Assembly (NCBI RefSeq): GCF_055900595.2
Contig: NZ_CM148325.1
Length of the DNA stretch: 64,000 bases
Direction: 5' to 3' (one strand)
Shown: piece after piece, positions 28,171 through 38,567 of the stretch
Layout of the letters: each line of letters opens with the position of its first letter
Position numbering within the stretch: position 1 is the stretch's first letter
Notes under the pieces: model-generated
What the model was told of the DNA's origin: nothing
Seen by the model: only the letters and a program-made list of their open reading frames with translations
Databases searched by the model: none
Translations under genes and position numbers: made by a program

Positions 28171-29456
28171 AGCGCGGTTGCTCCTTTAATGCCATCTTTC
28201 AGCAAGTTGATCAGCCCAATTTTCTTCGCGTGTCCCATGATCATTTTGCGTACCGGCTGGTTTGGTTTGCCGTCGATGGTGAACATATCGTTCATGATGT
28301 CGGCGACCATTCGTGGGTATTGGCTAAACAGGCGCGGGTTTTCCATCAGCGCCGGGATCTTGCGGAAATGCTGCATATCGCGCATAACACAACTTTGTTC
28401 CAGCTCACGTTTGTATTGCGCCAGGCTGCTGGCGGAGAAGTCAGCGCGTTCTTTAGCGGCAATCACTGTTGTGGCGGCAGCCTGGGCCGATGCGATGGCT
28501 AAATCCATTCCGCGAACCGTAAAGCCCAGATTGAGGCAGAAACCTGCGGCATCACCGACGATCATCACGCCCTCATTAACCAGCTGCGGCACCATCGCCA
28601 GACCGCCTTCCGGCACCATGTGCGCGGAATATTCAAGCAGTTTGCCGCCGCTAATCAGCGGGCGAATGGCGGGGTGTTGTTTAAAATCTTCCAACATTTG
28701 CGGCACACTTTTTTGCGCATGAGCGATATCACCCAATCCACAAACCAGCCCCAACGATACGGAATCCTTGTTGGTATAGAGGAATCCGCCGCCCATCAAG
28801 CCGTCAGAAGGGGAACCGGCAAACAGCCAGGCGGCACCTTCCTCGCCCGTAACATTAAAGCGATCGTTGATCTGTTCTGGTGTGAGGCCAATAACCTCTT
28901 TAACACCAACAGCGTAATGATGCGGATCGGAAGCGGGAACCATTCCCAGCGAGCGGCCAAGCATCGAGTTAACGCCATCAGCCAGAATCACCACATTCGC
29001 TTCAAGAACATCATCCCCGGCCTGAACGCCAGTGATCTTATTTCCTTCACGAACCAGCGCATCGACACGAACGCCCGGGATAAACTGCGCGCCAGCCTGT
29101 TCGGCTTGTTCCATCAACCACGGGTCCAGACGATTACGCAATACAGTATAAGACGCGTGTTGCGGAACATCTGGTTGCTCGCGGTGAAAATCGAGGGTAA
29201 CGGCACTCTCTTCGGTTAAGAAGGAGATTTTCTCGCGTGTGACCTTGCGTTCTACCGGCGCTGATGCTGCAAAGCCTGGAATAATCGCTTCAAGTGTGTG
29301 GGCATAAAGACGCCCGCCGGTCATGTTTTTACATCCGGCACTGTCGCCGCGTTCTATCACCAGGACATCCAGCCCGGCTCGCGCCATGACCAGTGCGGCA
29401 ACGCTACCGGCAACGCCCGCACCGACCACAATGGCATCAAATTTGTCATCCGACAT
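28167..29456 (-). CDS. ydiS: ETF:quinone oxidoreductase-like flavoprotein (FixC homologue)
   Basis: 429 aa ORF with N-terminal FAD fold AIVVGAGVAGSVAA. Confidence 0.9.
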   Translation of the reverse strand: MSDDKFDAIVVGAGVAGSVAALVMARAGLDVLVIERGDSAGCKNMTGGRLYAHTLEAIIPGFAASAPVERKVTREKISFLTEESAVTLDFHREQPDVPQHASYTVLRNRLDPWLMEQAEQAGAQFIPGVRVDALVREGNKITGVQAGDDVLEANVVILADGVNSMLGRSLGMVPASDPHHYAVGVKEVIGLTPEQINDRFNVTGEEGAAWLFAGSPSDGLMGGGFLYTNKDSVSLGLVCGLGDIAHAQKSVPQMLEDFKQHPAIRPLISGGKLLEYSAHMVPEGGLAMVPQLVNEGVMIVGDAAGFCLNLGFTVRGMDLAIASAQAAATTVIAAKERADFSASSLAQYKRELEQSCVMRDMQHFRKIPALMENPRLFSQYPRMVADIMNDMFTIDGKPNQPVRKMIMGHAKKIGLINLLKDGIKGATAL

Positions 29457-29511
29457 GCGTTATGCTCCCTTCCCGCTGCATTTACAGCGGGAGATGTGGT
29501 TGAAAGGGGAA

Positions 29512-30450
29512 TTAGCGGCTCAACTGGCTAATCAGGGCAGGGACGACTTTGTAAATATCGCCCACCAGACCGTAGTCGGCATAGTTGAAGATTGGCGCAT
29601 TTTTATCTTTATTGATGGCGACAATCACTTTTGCGCCGTTGCCGCCAACCATATGCTGGATCTGCCCGGAGATCCCCAGCGTCAGGTAGAGATCGGATTT
29701 CAGCAACACGCCGGAGACACCGATATAACGTTCACGCTCCATCCAGTTCTCGCCTTCGGCAATTGGACGTGAACAGCCGACTTCAGCATTCAGCACCGCC
29801 GCCAGTTCGTGGACCATTTTCAGGTCATCCTGCGCCGCCAGACCACGACCGACGCCAACCACACGTTTTGCTTTGCTCAGGTCCACGCTGCTTGCCGCTT
29901 TCGCACGGCGTTCGCGACAGAGAATTTCATGACGCGGGGCAACATAAGGTACCGTTTCTGTCGGGCACTGATGAGAGATATCACTGGTGCACGGTTCCTG
30001 AACACCGGGTGCAAGGGTAATAATCGCCAGCGGGCTGTTGATCTTTTCCTGAGCAAACGCTAACCCGCCATACATCCGGTGTTCGGCGCAAATGTGACCA
30101 TCGACAATATCCACCGCCGTGGCATCGTTCACCAGCGCCGCATTCAGTTGCACACTTAACCGTGCTGCCAGAGCTTTACCACGTTTCGTCGCGGCCAACA
30201 GCAACATAGCGGGGTGTTTATCTTTCAGCAGGGCAGCAATGCTTTCGGCGTAATTTTCAGTACGTTGCAGCGCGTCGTTTTGCTCAAGAACATAAATACA
30301 TTTTGGCCCATAAGGCATAACTGCCTGCGCCTGGTCGGTATTTTGTACAATGGCATACACCTGTTGGCCCCATTGCTGAGCGCCGCCAAACAGTTCAGCA
30401 TAACGTTCAGGATTATCGCTAAAGACCCAGACGCTGTTTAATTGACTCAT
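29512..30450 (-). CDS. ydiR: Electron transfer flavoprotein alpha subunit (FixB homologue)
   Basis: 312 aa ORF, ETF-alpha-like. Confidence 0.9.
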   Translation of the reverse strand: MSQLNSVWVFSDNPERYAELFGGAQQWGQQVYAIVQNTDQAQAVMPYGPKCIYVLEQNDALQRTENYAESIAALLKDKHPAMLLLAATKRGKALAARLSVQLNAALVNDATAVDIVDGHICAEHRMYGGLAFAQEKINSPLAIITLAPGVQEPCTSDISHQCPTETVPYVAPRHEILCRERRAKAASSVDLSKAKRVVGVGRGLAAQDDLKMVHELAAVLNAEVGCSRPIAEGENWMERERYIGVSGVLLKSDLYLTLGISGQIQHMVGGNGAKVIVAINKDKNAPIFNYADYGLVGDIYKVVPALISQLSR

Positions 30451-30469
30451 CGTTTCTTCTCCGTAGGCT

Positions 30470-31234
30470 TCAGTTCAGGGCTTTCTTCAGATGTTCCGCC
30501 AGCTCGGCAATGGCCTCCGGCGAATCGTTATCGAGAATGATGTGCTTACGTTCTGTTTGCGGCGGTACGCGAATGCCGGTCAGTTCAGCAAGTGGTGTGC
30601 TCTGGCTCCAGCCAATATCACTTGCCTGCCACTGATTTACCGGTTTTTTACCCGCGCCGAGAATGGCTTTCATCGAAGGAATGCGTGGCATGTTAATATC
30701 GGAGGTGACGCAGAGCACGGCTGGAACAGAGAGCTCAATAACTTCAACATCATCTTCAAGCGTGCGTTCAATCACCAGTGTATTGCCCTGACGCTGAATA
30801 GCACTCACTGCATTAATCACCGGAAGTTGCAGAATTTCTCCGACCAGCAAGCCAACCTGCTGGGCATAAAGGTCGCCGGAACCTTCACCAAAGATCAGTA
30901 AATCGAAGCCGATCTTTTCAACTGCTGCCGCCAGCGCCTTTGCGGTATCGAGAGGCAGTGCATGTTCAAGTTGCGCATCCTGCACCAAATACAGGCTATG
31001 CGGCCCGCGGGATAGCACGTCTTTGCGCACTTTCGAGTTCTGCAACAATGAGCCGCCAATGGTCAGCGCGGCTATCTCATCGTCATCTGTTGCAATCTGG
31101 CTTGCAGCTTCAATGGCATTGAGATCGAACTGGCTGATTTTGGCGTCGGCATTGTCGAAATTCAGGGTATATTCTGGAGTGACAACAATGTCCTGTTCTT
31201 CAGGCACCAGCTTAAAGCAGGTTATTATTTTCAT
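30470..31234 (-). CDS. ydiQ: Electron transfer flavoprotein beta subunit (FixA homologue, 254 aa)
   Basis: ATG at 31232-31234 (minus) gives MKIITCFKLVPEEQDIVV. Confidence 0.9.
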   Translation of the reverse strand: MKIITCFKLVPEEQDIVVTPEYTLNFDNADAKISQFDLNAIEAASQIATDDDEIAALTIGGSLLQNSKVRKDVLSRGPHSLYLVQDAQLEHALPLDTAKALAAAVEKIGFDLLIFGEGSGDLYAQQVGLLVGEILQLPVINAVSAIQRQGNTLVIERTLEDDVEVIELSVPAVLCVTSDINMPRIPSMKAILGAGKKPVNQWQASDIGWSQSTPLAELTGIRVPPQTERKHIILDNDSPEAIAELAEHLKKALN

Positions 31235-31549
31235 GATTTCTCCTGTGAGTCGCATACGGAACCATCTCCGATGGAAGGTAAAAATGGCCTGAAAATAGTG
31301 TGCGATAGCGGTGCGGGGTTTTCGACGGAGCAAGCTGTTTTCCTTGCCAACAATCTTGCAAAAAAAATGCGATCGCTAAAACAAAAGTGCAATTTGCGGC
31401 AAAGTTGTTATTCCATGACCGTACAATCTTGCATTCAGTGTAAATAATCTTGTTTAGCTCTCGCTAAACGCGGTTGTATAACCGCAATACACGCCGTATT
31501 TTATCCGGCATATATTGTTTTTGCTTGCTCATGGAATAGGGAGGTTGTC

Positions 31550-32461
31550 ATGTATCAACGCTGTTTTGATAACGCCAGCGAAACGCTGTTTGTCGCCGGT
31601 AAAACGCCACGGCTTTCACGTTTTGCATTTAGCGATGATCCAAAATGGGAGTCCGGACATCACGTTCATGACAATGAAACCGAGCTGATTTACGTCAAGA
31701 AAGGGGTAGCAAGGTTTACCATCGATTCTTCGTTATATGTCGCGCATGCCGATGACATTGTGGTGATAGAACGTGGCAGGTTGCATGCGGTGGCCTCTGA
31801 CGTTAACGATCCAGCAACGACGTGTACCTGTGCGCTGTACGGCTTTCAGTTTCAGGGGACTGAGGAAAATCAGCTACTGCAACCGCATTCTTGCCCGGTC
31901 ATTGCCGCAGGGCAGGGAAAAGAAATCATTAAAGCCTTATTTAATGAGCTAAGTGTGATTTTGCCGCAAAGTAAAAATAGCCAAACATCTTCGTTATGGG
32001 ACGCATTTGCCTATACGTTAGCAATTCTTTACTACGAAAACTTTAAAAATGCTTATCGTTCGGAGCAGGGATATATTAAAAAAGATGTTCTGATAAAAGA
32101 TATTCTTTTCTATCTGAATAATAATTATCGCGAAAAAATCACTTTAGAGCAGTTATCGAAAAAATTTCGTGCCAGCGTCAGTTATATTTGCCATGAATTT
32201 ACCAAAGAGTATCGTATTTCCCCTATTAACTATGTTATTCAACGGCGTATGACGGAAGCGAAATGGTCACTCACCAATACTGAATTATCACAGGCAGAGA
32301 TCTCCTGGCGTGTGGGTTATGAAAATGTCGATCACTTTGCCAAACTGTTTTTGCGCCATGTCGGCTGTTCGCCCAGCGATTACCGCAGGCAATTTAAAAA
32401 CTGTTTTGCGGAACAAGAAATCTTATCTGAATTTCCTCAACCGGTAAGTCTTGCCGGATAA
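31550..32461 (+). CDS. ydiP: AraC-family transcriptional regulator
   Basis: 303 aa ORF with C-terminal AraC-type HTH region; divergent from ydiQ. Confidence 0.88.
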   Translation: MYQRCFDNASETLFVAGKTPRLSRFAFSDDPKWESGHHVHDNETELIYVKKGVARFTIDSSLYVAHADDIVVIERGRLHAVASDVNDPATTCTCALYGFQFQGTEENQLLQPHSCPVIAAGQGKEIIKALFNELSVILPQSKNSQTSSLWDAFAYTLAILYYENFKNAYRSEQGYIKKDVLIKDILFYLNNNYREKITLEQLSKKFRASVSYICHEFTKEYRISPINYVIQRRMTEAKWSLTNTELSQAEISWRVGYENVDHFAKLFLRHVGCSPSDYRRQFKNCFAEQEILSEFPQPVSLAG

Positions 32462-32503
32462 ATCTGGCGGCGCAGTTTGTTAAGAAGCTGCGCCGCCTGC
32501 AGA

Positions 32504-33655
32504 TTATTTGTTCTGATAATCTTTCAGGATCTGCCGACCCGCTACGTAAATCATAATTTCGTCTGTACCGCCGCCGATACGTTCACAACGGACATCACGC
32601 CAGAAGCGAGAGACGCGCGCCTCATCGGTATAGCCCAGACCGCCCATGATTTGAATCGCATCATCAATAACTTCCATTGCGGTACGTGCGCAGTACAGTT
32701 TTGCCAGCGCCGCGCTGGTGCGCAGTGACTGATGCTGATCGGCTTGCCATGCCACTTTCAACACCATGTTGCGCATGTTGTCGATCTTAATCGCCATCAG
32801 CGCCAGTTTTTCCTGGATCATCTGGTTATGACCAATGGGTTTACCAAAAGCGATACGTTGGTTGGCATAGCGGGCGGCATCTTCGAATGCGCATTCGGCA
32901 AAGCCGGTGCTGCGCGCGGCGTTGATCAGGCGCTCCATCTCAAAGTTGTACATCACATTGAGGAAACCCATTCCTTCTTCGCCCACCATGTCGCTCTCTT
33001 CAACCTCTACGTTGTCGAGATAGACTTCGCAGGTGCTGAGCATATGCCAGCCGATTTTATGCAGCGGGTTAATCTTAATGCCGGGCTTACTGGAGTCGAC
33101 CCACCACAGGGTGAAGGCTTTTTTGGGATCTTTCGGTTCTGGATCGCGCGCCAGCACCAGCATATATGGGTACTCTTTCGCGCCGGTAATAAAGGTTTTC
33201 TGGCCGTTGATGTAAACCTTGCCATTTTTACGCGTGTAAGTGGTAGTGGCACTGTTATTGTCTGAGCCTGCGCCTGGTTCCGTCAACGCCAGGGCATAGG
33301 CGGGATCACCCGTTTCCAGGGTGCTCTCTGCCGTTTTACGTAGCTGCTCAGCAGAACCGAAACGGCGCATGCTGTGAATACATTGACCGTTGGTAATCAA
33401 AAATGCCGGAGCACCGCATTTTGACACTTCCATCAGCGCCAACATCTGGGTGACGTAATCCGCAGGGATGCCACCAAATTCTTCCGGCACGCCAAGCATA
33501 GAAATGCCGTTATCCGCCAGTGCCTGCATAAACTCACGCGGGTATGTCCCGTTTTGATCGCAGGTGCGGAAATACTCTTCCGGGAAGTTGGTCGTAATCA
33601 ATTCGCGAATACTGGCCAGCAGCAGTTCTTGTTCTTCAGTTAAAGAAAAATCCAT
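32504..33655 (-). CDS. ydiO: Acyl-CoA dehydrogenase family protein (383 aa)
   Basis: ATG at 33653-33655 (minus) gives MDFSLTEEQELLLASIREL; ACAD family. Confidence 0.9.
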   Translation of the reverse strand: MDFSLTEEQELLLASIRELITTNFPEEYFRTCDQNGTYPREFMQALADNGISMLGVPEEFGGIPADYVTQMLALMEVSKCGAPAFLITNGQCIHSMRRFGSAEQLRKTAESTLETGDPAYALALTEPGAGSDNNSATTTYTRKNGKVYINGQKTFITGAKEYPYMLVLARDPEPKDPKKAFTLWWVDSSKPGIKINPLHKIGWHMLSTCEVYLDNVEVEESDMVGEEGMGFLNVMYNFEMERLINAARSTGFAECAFEDAARYANQRIAFGKPIGHNQMIQEKLALMAIKIDNMRNMVLKVAWQADQHQSLRTSAALAKLYCARTAMEVIDDAIQIMGGLGYTDEARVSRFWRDVRCERIGGGTDEIMIYVAGRQILKDYQNK

Positions 33656-33668
33656 CATTATACTCCTG

Positions 33669-35264
33669 TTAATGAGCCGCTTCAGGCAGGACAAAACCCA
33701 TCGCCGCATCGATAAATAATCTTTCGTCCATCAGTTTGAGTTCTGGCGAAATCACTGGGGTGAAATCCATTTTGTCGAGAATATCTTTTTGTAAATCGAC
33801 GCCAGGAGCGATTTCGATTAAATGCAGGCCGTCTTCTTTTAGCGTGAATACGGCGCGCTCAGTGATATAACGAACATCCAGTCCTCGCTCGAGAGCGATT
33901 TTTCCGCTGAAAGTAATTTCCGGTAGTTCCCGAATAAATTTCTTCACCCGTCCTTCCTGGACGATATTTAATTTTCCGTCGGTAATTTCTGTTTTTAAAC
34001 TGCCCGCAGTTAATGTGCTGCAGAAAACGATTTTCTTCGAAGTGGCACTGATATCAATAAATCCACCGGTGCCCATGATTTTACCATTGAATTTATGCAC
34101 GCCGACGTTACCGTGCTGGTCGACTTCAGCAAAACTCAAATAACAAACATCCAGACCACCACCGTGATAAAAATCAAACTGGGACGTCATATCCAGAATG
34201 GCACGGGTATTCACGTTCGCGCCAAAGGCGATCCCCTGTGAAGTAATACCGCCAATTGGGCCTGTTTCTACCGTCAGAATAAAGTCATCAGCACAACCTT
34301 CTTCCCGGGCGACCAGGCCAATGCCGTCGGCAATACCGACGCCGACATTCCCCACCGCGCCTTTGCGCATTTCGAATAATGCGCGCCGCGCAACTAATTT
34401 ACGTTGGTTTAGGGGTAGGCTAAGTTTGGTGCTGTCATCAAGGGTGAAGTCACCAGAAATAAAGCGGTTAACCGGCGCACCGCCATACAGTTGGGTTTGA
34501 TCCGGATCGACTACCACAATATCCACCAGATAACCCGGAATACGGACAGATTTAGGATGCAGCGTGGCTTTCTTAACCATCTTCTGCACCTGCATCATCA
34601 CAATACCGCCGTTATTGTGCACCGCCTGAGCAATAACCAATGCGTCGAGATACATCACCTCATCTTCAAAAGTGGCGTAGCCTTCACTGTCGCAGGTGGT
34701 AGCGCGAATGAAGGCGATATCTGGCGCTATCGCTTTGTAATAGAGATATTCTTTGTTATCAAACTCGACCAGTTTAATCAGGTCTTCTTTAGTGACTTCA
34801 TTCAGTTTGCCGCCTTGCTGGCGTGGATCGACAAATGTTCCGATGCCAATATCACTAATAATACCAGGCTGGTGGGCTGCGGCGGCGCGTAAGGTTTGTG
34901 TAAGTACACCTTGTGGATAGTTATAAGCAATAATTTTATTTTGTTCTGCGAGATCAGAAATACGCGGCGATTGTCCCCAGTGACCGCATAATGCCCATTT
35001 CACCAGACCTTCTTGCGCCAGCGGACTAATACCACGGTCGGCGCGATCGCCAAGCCCTGTTGGACTAATAATCGATAAATTACGTGGTGTTTGAGTCTGT
35101 TTATATTTATCAGCAAGAGCAGTAATTAACGTGGTGGCTTCCAGAATACCGCCGCCAGCGCCTAACACACAAAGTGTTGCTTCGTCGGGAATATAATTCA
35201 CCGCTTCCTGTGCCGACAGGACCGGCACTCGTCCATTAATACGAGGTGGTTTTACAGGTTTCAT
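33669..35264 (-). CDS. ydiF: Acyl-CoA:acetate CoA-transferase (fused alpha/beta)
   Basis: 531 aa ORF, recognised YdiF sequence. Confidence 0.9.
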   Translation of the reverse strand: MKPVKPPRINGRVPVLSAQEAVNYIPDEATLCVLGAGGGILEATTLITALADKYKQTQTPRNLSIISPTGLGDRADRGISPLAQEGLVKWALCGHWGQSPRISDLAEQNKIIAYNYPQGVLTQTLRAAAAHQPGIISDIGIGTFVDPRQQGGKLNEVTKEDLIKLVEFDNKEYLYYKAIAPDIAFIRATTCDSEGYATFEDEVMYLDALVIAQAVHNNGGIVMMQVQKMVKKATLHPKSVRIPGYLVDIVVVDPDQTQLYGGAPVNRFISGDFTLDDSTKLSLPLNQRKLVARRALFEMRKGAVGNVGVGIADGIGLVAREEGCADDFILTVETGPIGGITSQGIAFGANVNTRAILDMTSQFDFYHGGGLDVCYLSFAEVDQHGNVGVHKFNGKIMGTGGFIDISATSKKIVFCSTLTAGSLKTEITDGKLNIVQEGRVKKFIRELPEITFSGKIALERGLDVRYITERAVFTLKEDGLHLIEIAPGVDLQKDILDKMDFTPVISPELKLMDERLFIDAAMGFVLPEAAH

Positions 35265-35408
35265 TGTTAATTCCTGATTCAGGTGTGATTTTCCCTACGC
35301 CAGATGGAGAATTAGAGCGCAGAGACTCACGAAATATTTTTATTAAATACGGTTGAATATATTTTTTTAGTTCGGCGGGGGAGGGTATTCCCGCCGAAAT
35401 ATTATTGC

Positions 35409-36167
35409 TTATGCCTGATGTAAAATAGTTAATACCGTGCGCAAATCATTTACCGAGATTTGCCCTGGCGCAGAGGCTTTTTTTACCGCACCAAAAGTTG
35501 CCGCCGAGCCAAATACTTCACCAGCCAGACGAGAAATTACGCCAGTTTTTGCCATTGACATCGTGATGATTGGACGATCGGCATACTGCTCCTGCATCTC
35601 CAGGGTCGCAGCAAGCAACGTCAGCACATCGCTGGTACTTTGCGGCATCAGCGCAATCTTAGGAATATCGGCATCGAAGGACTGCATTTTGCGCAGACGG
35701 GCAATGATTTCTTCGGCTTCCGGCGTTTTATGGAAGTCGTGGTTGGACATGACAACTTTCACATCATGCGCGTGGGCGTAGGCGACGGTTTCTTTAACCT
35801 GATCATCGCCGGTAAATAACTCCAGATCGATCATATCAACCAGGCCACTATCGATGGCTGCACGATTGAGTGCAATATAAGCCTCGGTGGAAATCGCCTG
35901 CTCGCCGCCTTCTTTGGCACTGCGGAAGGTAAACAGCAGTGGTTTTTCTGGCATGGTTTCACGGAGAATTTTTGCTGCCGCCATGACAGACTCCACATTG
36001 GAGAGGTCGGCATAGTGGTCCACACGCCATTCCAGAATATCAAAGTCCGCTTCACGATAGGCGAGAGCTTCGGATTTCACGCTGGCGATATCTTTCGCCA
36101 TCAGCGAGACGATGATTTTAGGTGCGCCCGTACCAATGACGAGATCTTTTACAGTTACGGTTTTCAT
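35409..36167 (-). CDS. aroD: 3-dehydroquinate dehydratase type I
   Basis: 252 aa ORF, recognised AroD sequence. Confidence 0.95.
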   Translation of the reverse strand: MKTVTVKDLVIGTGAPKIIVSLMAKDIASVKSEALAYREADFDILEWRVDHYADLSNVESVMAAAKILRETMPEKPLLFTFRSAKEGGEQAISTEAYIALNRAAIDSGLVDMIDLELFTGDDQVKETVAYAHAHDVKVVMSNHDFHKTPEAEEIIARLRKMQSFDADIPKIALMPQSTSDVLTLLAATLEMQEQYADRPIITMSMAKTGVISRLAGEVFGSAATFGAVKKASAPGQISVNDLRTVLTILHQA

Positions 36168-36197
36168 TTTTTACCCTTTCTGCACGCGGTCAGCCTG

Positions 36198-37064
36198 TCA
36201 GGCACCGAACCCCATGACCTGTTTAACATATTCCAGAGGGAAATCTTTGCCAGTCCATAACGTGAACTGTTCAGCCCCTTGCCACAACAACATGCCGTAT
36301 CCATCAATCGTTTTGCAACCAGCTTGTTGCGCCTGCTGCAATAACTTCGTCATATGCGGGTTATACACGCATTCAGTGACCAGAAGTCCCGGATGTAACA
36401 GACTGATATCATTAACCAATGATTCATTCTCAAGGGGTTTCATACCCACTTTTGTGCCATTGGTTAAAATGTCGGCGGAAGCCAGGGCTTCAGCAAAGGC
36501 TTGCTGATCGGCGAGATCGGTAACCGTGACGACACAATCGGTGTTTTCGTTAACCCGCTGCGCGAAGGCGAGGGCTTTATCGAAGAACTCATCCCGACGG
36601 TTAAAGAGTTTAATTTCTTTTAAACCTTCAATTGCCCCCTGCGCGCCAATCGCCGTTGAGGCACCTCCGGCCCCTAACAGCACCATTGTTTTGCCTTTGA
36701 TATCAAAACCGCTCTCTTTAATGGCGCGAATATGGCCCGTGCCGTCGGTGTTATAGCCACGCAGATAGCCATCATCATTAACGATGGTGTTGATGGCACC
36801 CACAAGTTTGGCCGCTGGTGTTAATTCATCAACATATTCACACGCCAGTTGTTTGTTCGGCATTGATACACCAGTTCCGCGCATTTTGAGGGCTTTTAAT
36901 CCTTCAATTGCTCCGGGAAAACTATCGTTATCCACTTCAAAGGCCATATAGGTAAATGGCAATCCCGCTTTTTCTAAGGCTTTATTCTGCATTTCAGGCG
37001 ATAAACTGTGGCGGATAGGATAGGCCATCAACCCAATCAATTCGTATTTTGCGGTAACATCCAT
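36198..37064 (-). CDS. ydiB: Quinate/shikimate 5-dehydrogenase
   Basis: 288 aa ORF, shikimate dehydrogenase family. Confidence 0.93.
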
Positions 37065-37075
37065 AATTAACTCCT

Positions 37076-38341
37076 TTAACCTCTATGCTTAATTGTGTTT
37101 AACCGGGTGCTAAATTTACGCTCGCCAAACCGCACATCATTCTCAGGAATAATAAAAACGCGGTAATAGCGGATAAAAACAATAATTGCGGTAATCAGGG
37201 CCAGCAGCGCGAAAGTAAAATCGAGAACGATGATATATTGCAGGCCGATGTTCGACAGATAACCGGTAATCAGCGGAATAACAAAATTAGCCAATCCACC
37301 CATCATCATATAAATACTGGTGACTTTGGCTTTGCTTTTGGGGAAAAACTCTGACATGACCGAAACGCCGAGCTGTAAAATGCCGCCAGCTGCTGAGAAA
37401 CCGATAACAAAGGCTCCGGCATTACACACCAGTGGAGAAGGGTACAGGTAGATAATGGCTGATGTTATTGTTGCCAGTGCAGAGTTAAATACATTAGCCC
37501 ATATGGGCCGGACCATTTTTTTCAGTAGTGCGGCAAAAATAAAGACACAGACCAACGAGCCCATACTGTAATAAGAGATGGTTTTTAATGCCTCAGCTTC
37601 TGACATACCAGCAAAAGCCATCGCATATTTGGGCATCCACACCACAATCACATAAAAGGTCGAGAATGCAGCTACACCGAACAGTACCGATGAAACACCT
37701 TCCAGCCAGACTAACGGTTTGCTGTTCATTTGCGGTAATTCATTAGCTACGCTGGCGTCCACCAACTGGTTGGGGAATTTGCTTTTCAATAGCATCAGCG
37801 TGATCAGTACAAACAGAATACCCGGAATAATCAGCCCATAGCCGTACCAGATGTTATTGAGCAACATATAGCTCACCAGCATTGGGTAGAACATTTGTCC
37901 GAATGACACCATCGCTTTAACCAGTATGACCGCCGAACCAGAGGCTTTCGGAAAGCATTCCATGAGCGCAGGGTAGCCACCCGTATCCAGCGCTGAGTTA
38001 GCGATACCTACGCACACTGCCAGACAGTAGGCGAGAGTTAAATTCGGGCAAGCGGGAATACCAAAGAAGAATAGCAGATACATTATTACTGCCATTAATA
38101 TCACCGCCCGACGACCAAACTTATCGGAGATCACACCGAAGAATAAAATACTGATCAATCGCCCCAAACCGATACCGGAAATTAAATAGGCAATGCCCGC
38201 GTTGTCAGTGGAAAACTTTTCTGCCAGAGATGACATATTTTGGGCAAGCGTTATAACACTAATGCCGTGCAGGAAATAGCTAAAGTAAATACAAAGAACA
38301 GCCAGGATAAATGGCGTGCTGAAAGCCTTATTTTGAGACAT
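37076..38341 (-). CDS. ydiN: MFS transporter YdiN
   Basis: ATG at 38339-38341 (minus) gives [16 protein letters not shown]; polytopic. Confidence 0.88.
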
Positions 38342-38567
38342 TTTCACAGCTCCTTGCTGAAAGATAATTTCGTTACCGTACGTATTGTTCTCCGACGGTT
38401 TACATAATTACTATACTGAAGATGATTTTCCCTGGGTACATGGCATAAAGTTTATGTTTCCAGGAATATTGCATGTCATAGTTTGTTTTTTATCGCGATT
38501 TTCCTTAGTTGGCGCAGAAAGAGTTATTTATCCGTAAGATCTTGCATGACCTGAAAAGAATATTGCA

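Noticed and set aside
31235-31549. Direct and inverted repeat fragments in the divergent ydiQ-ydiP intergenic region as possible operator for the AraC-type regulator.
   Set aside because: Repeats are short and imperfect; I cannot distinguish them from chance in AT-rich promoter DNA without matrix scoring or footprint data.
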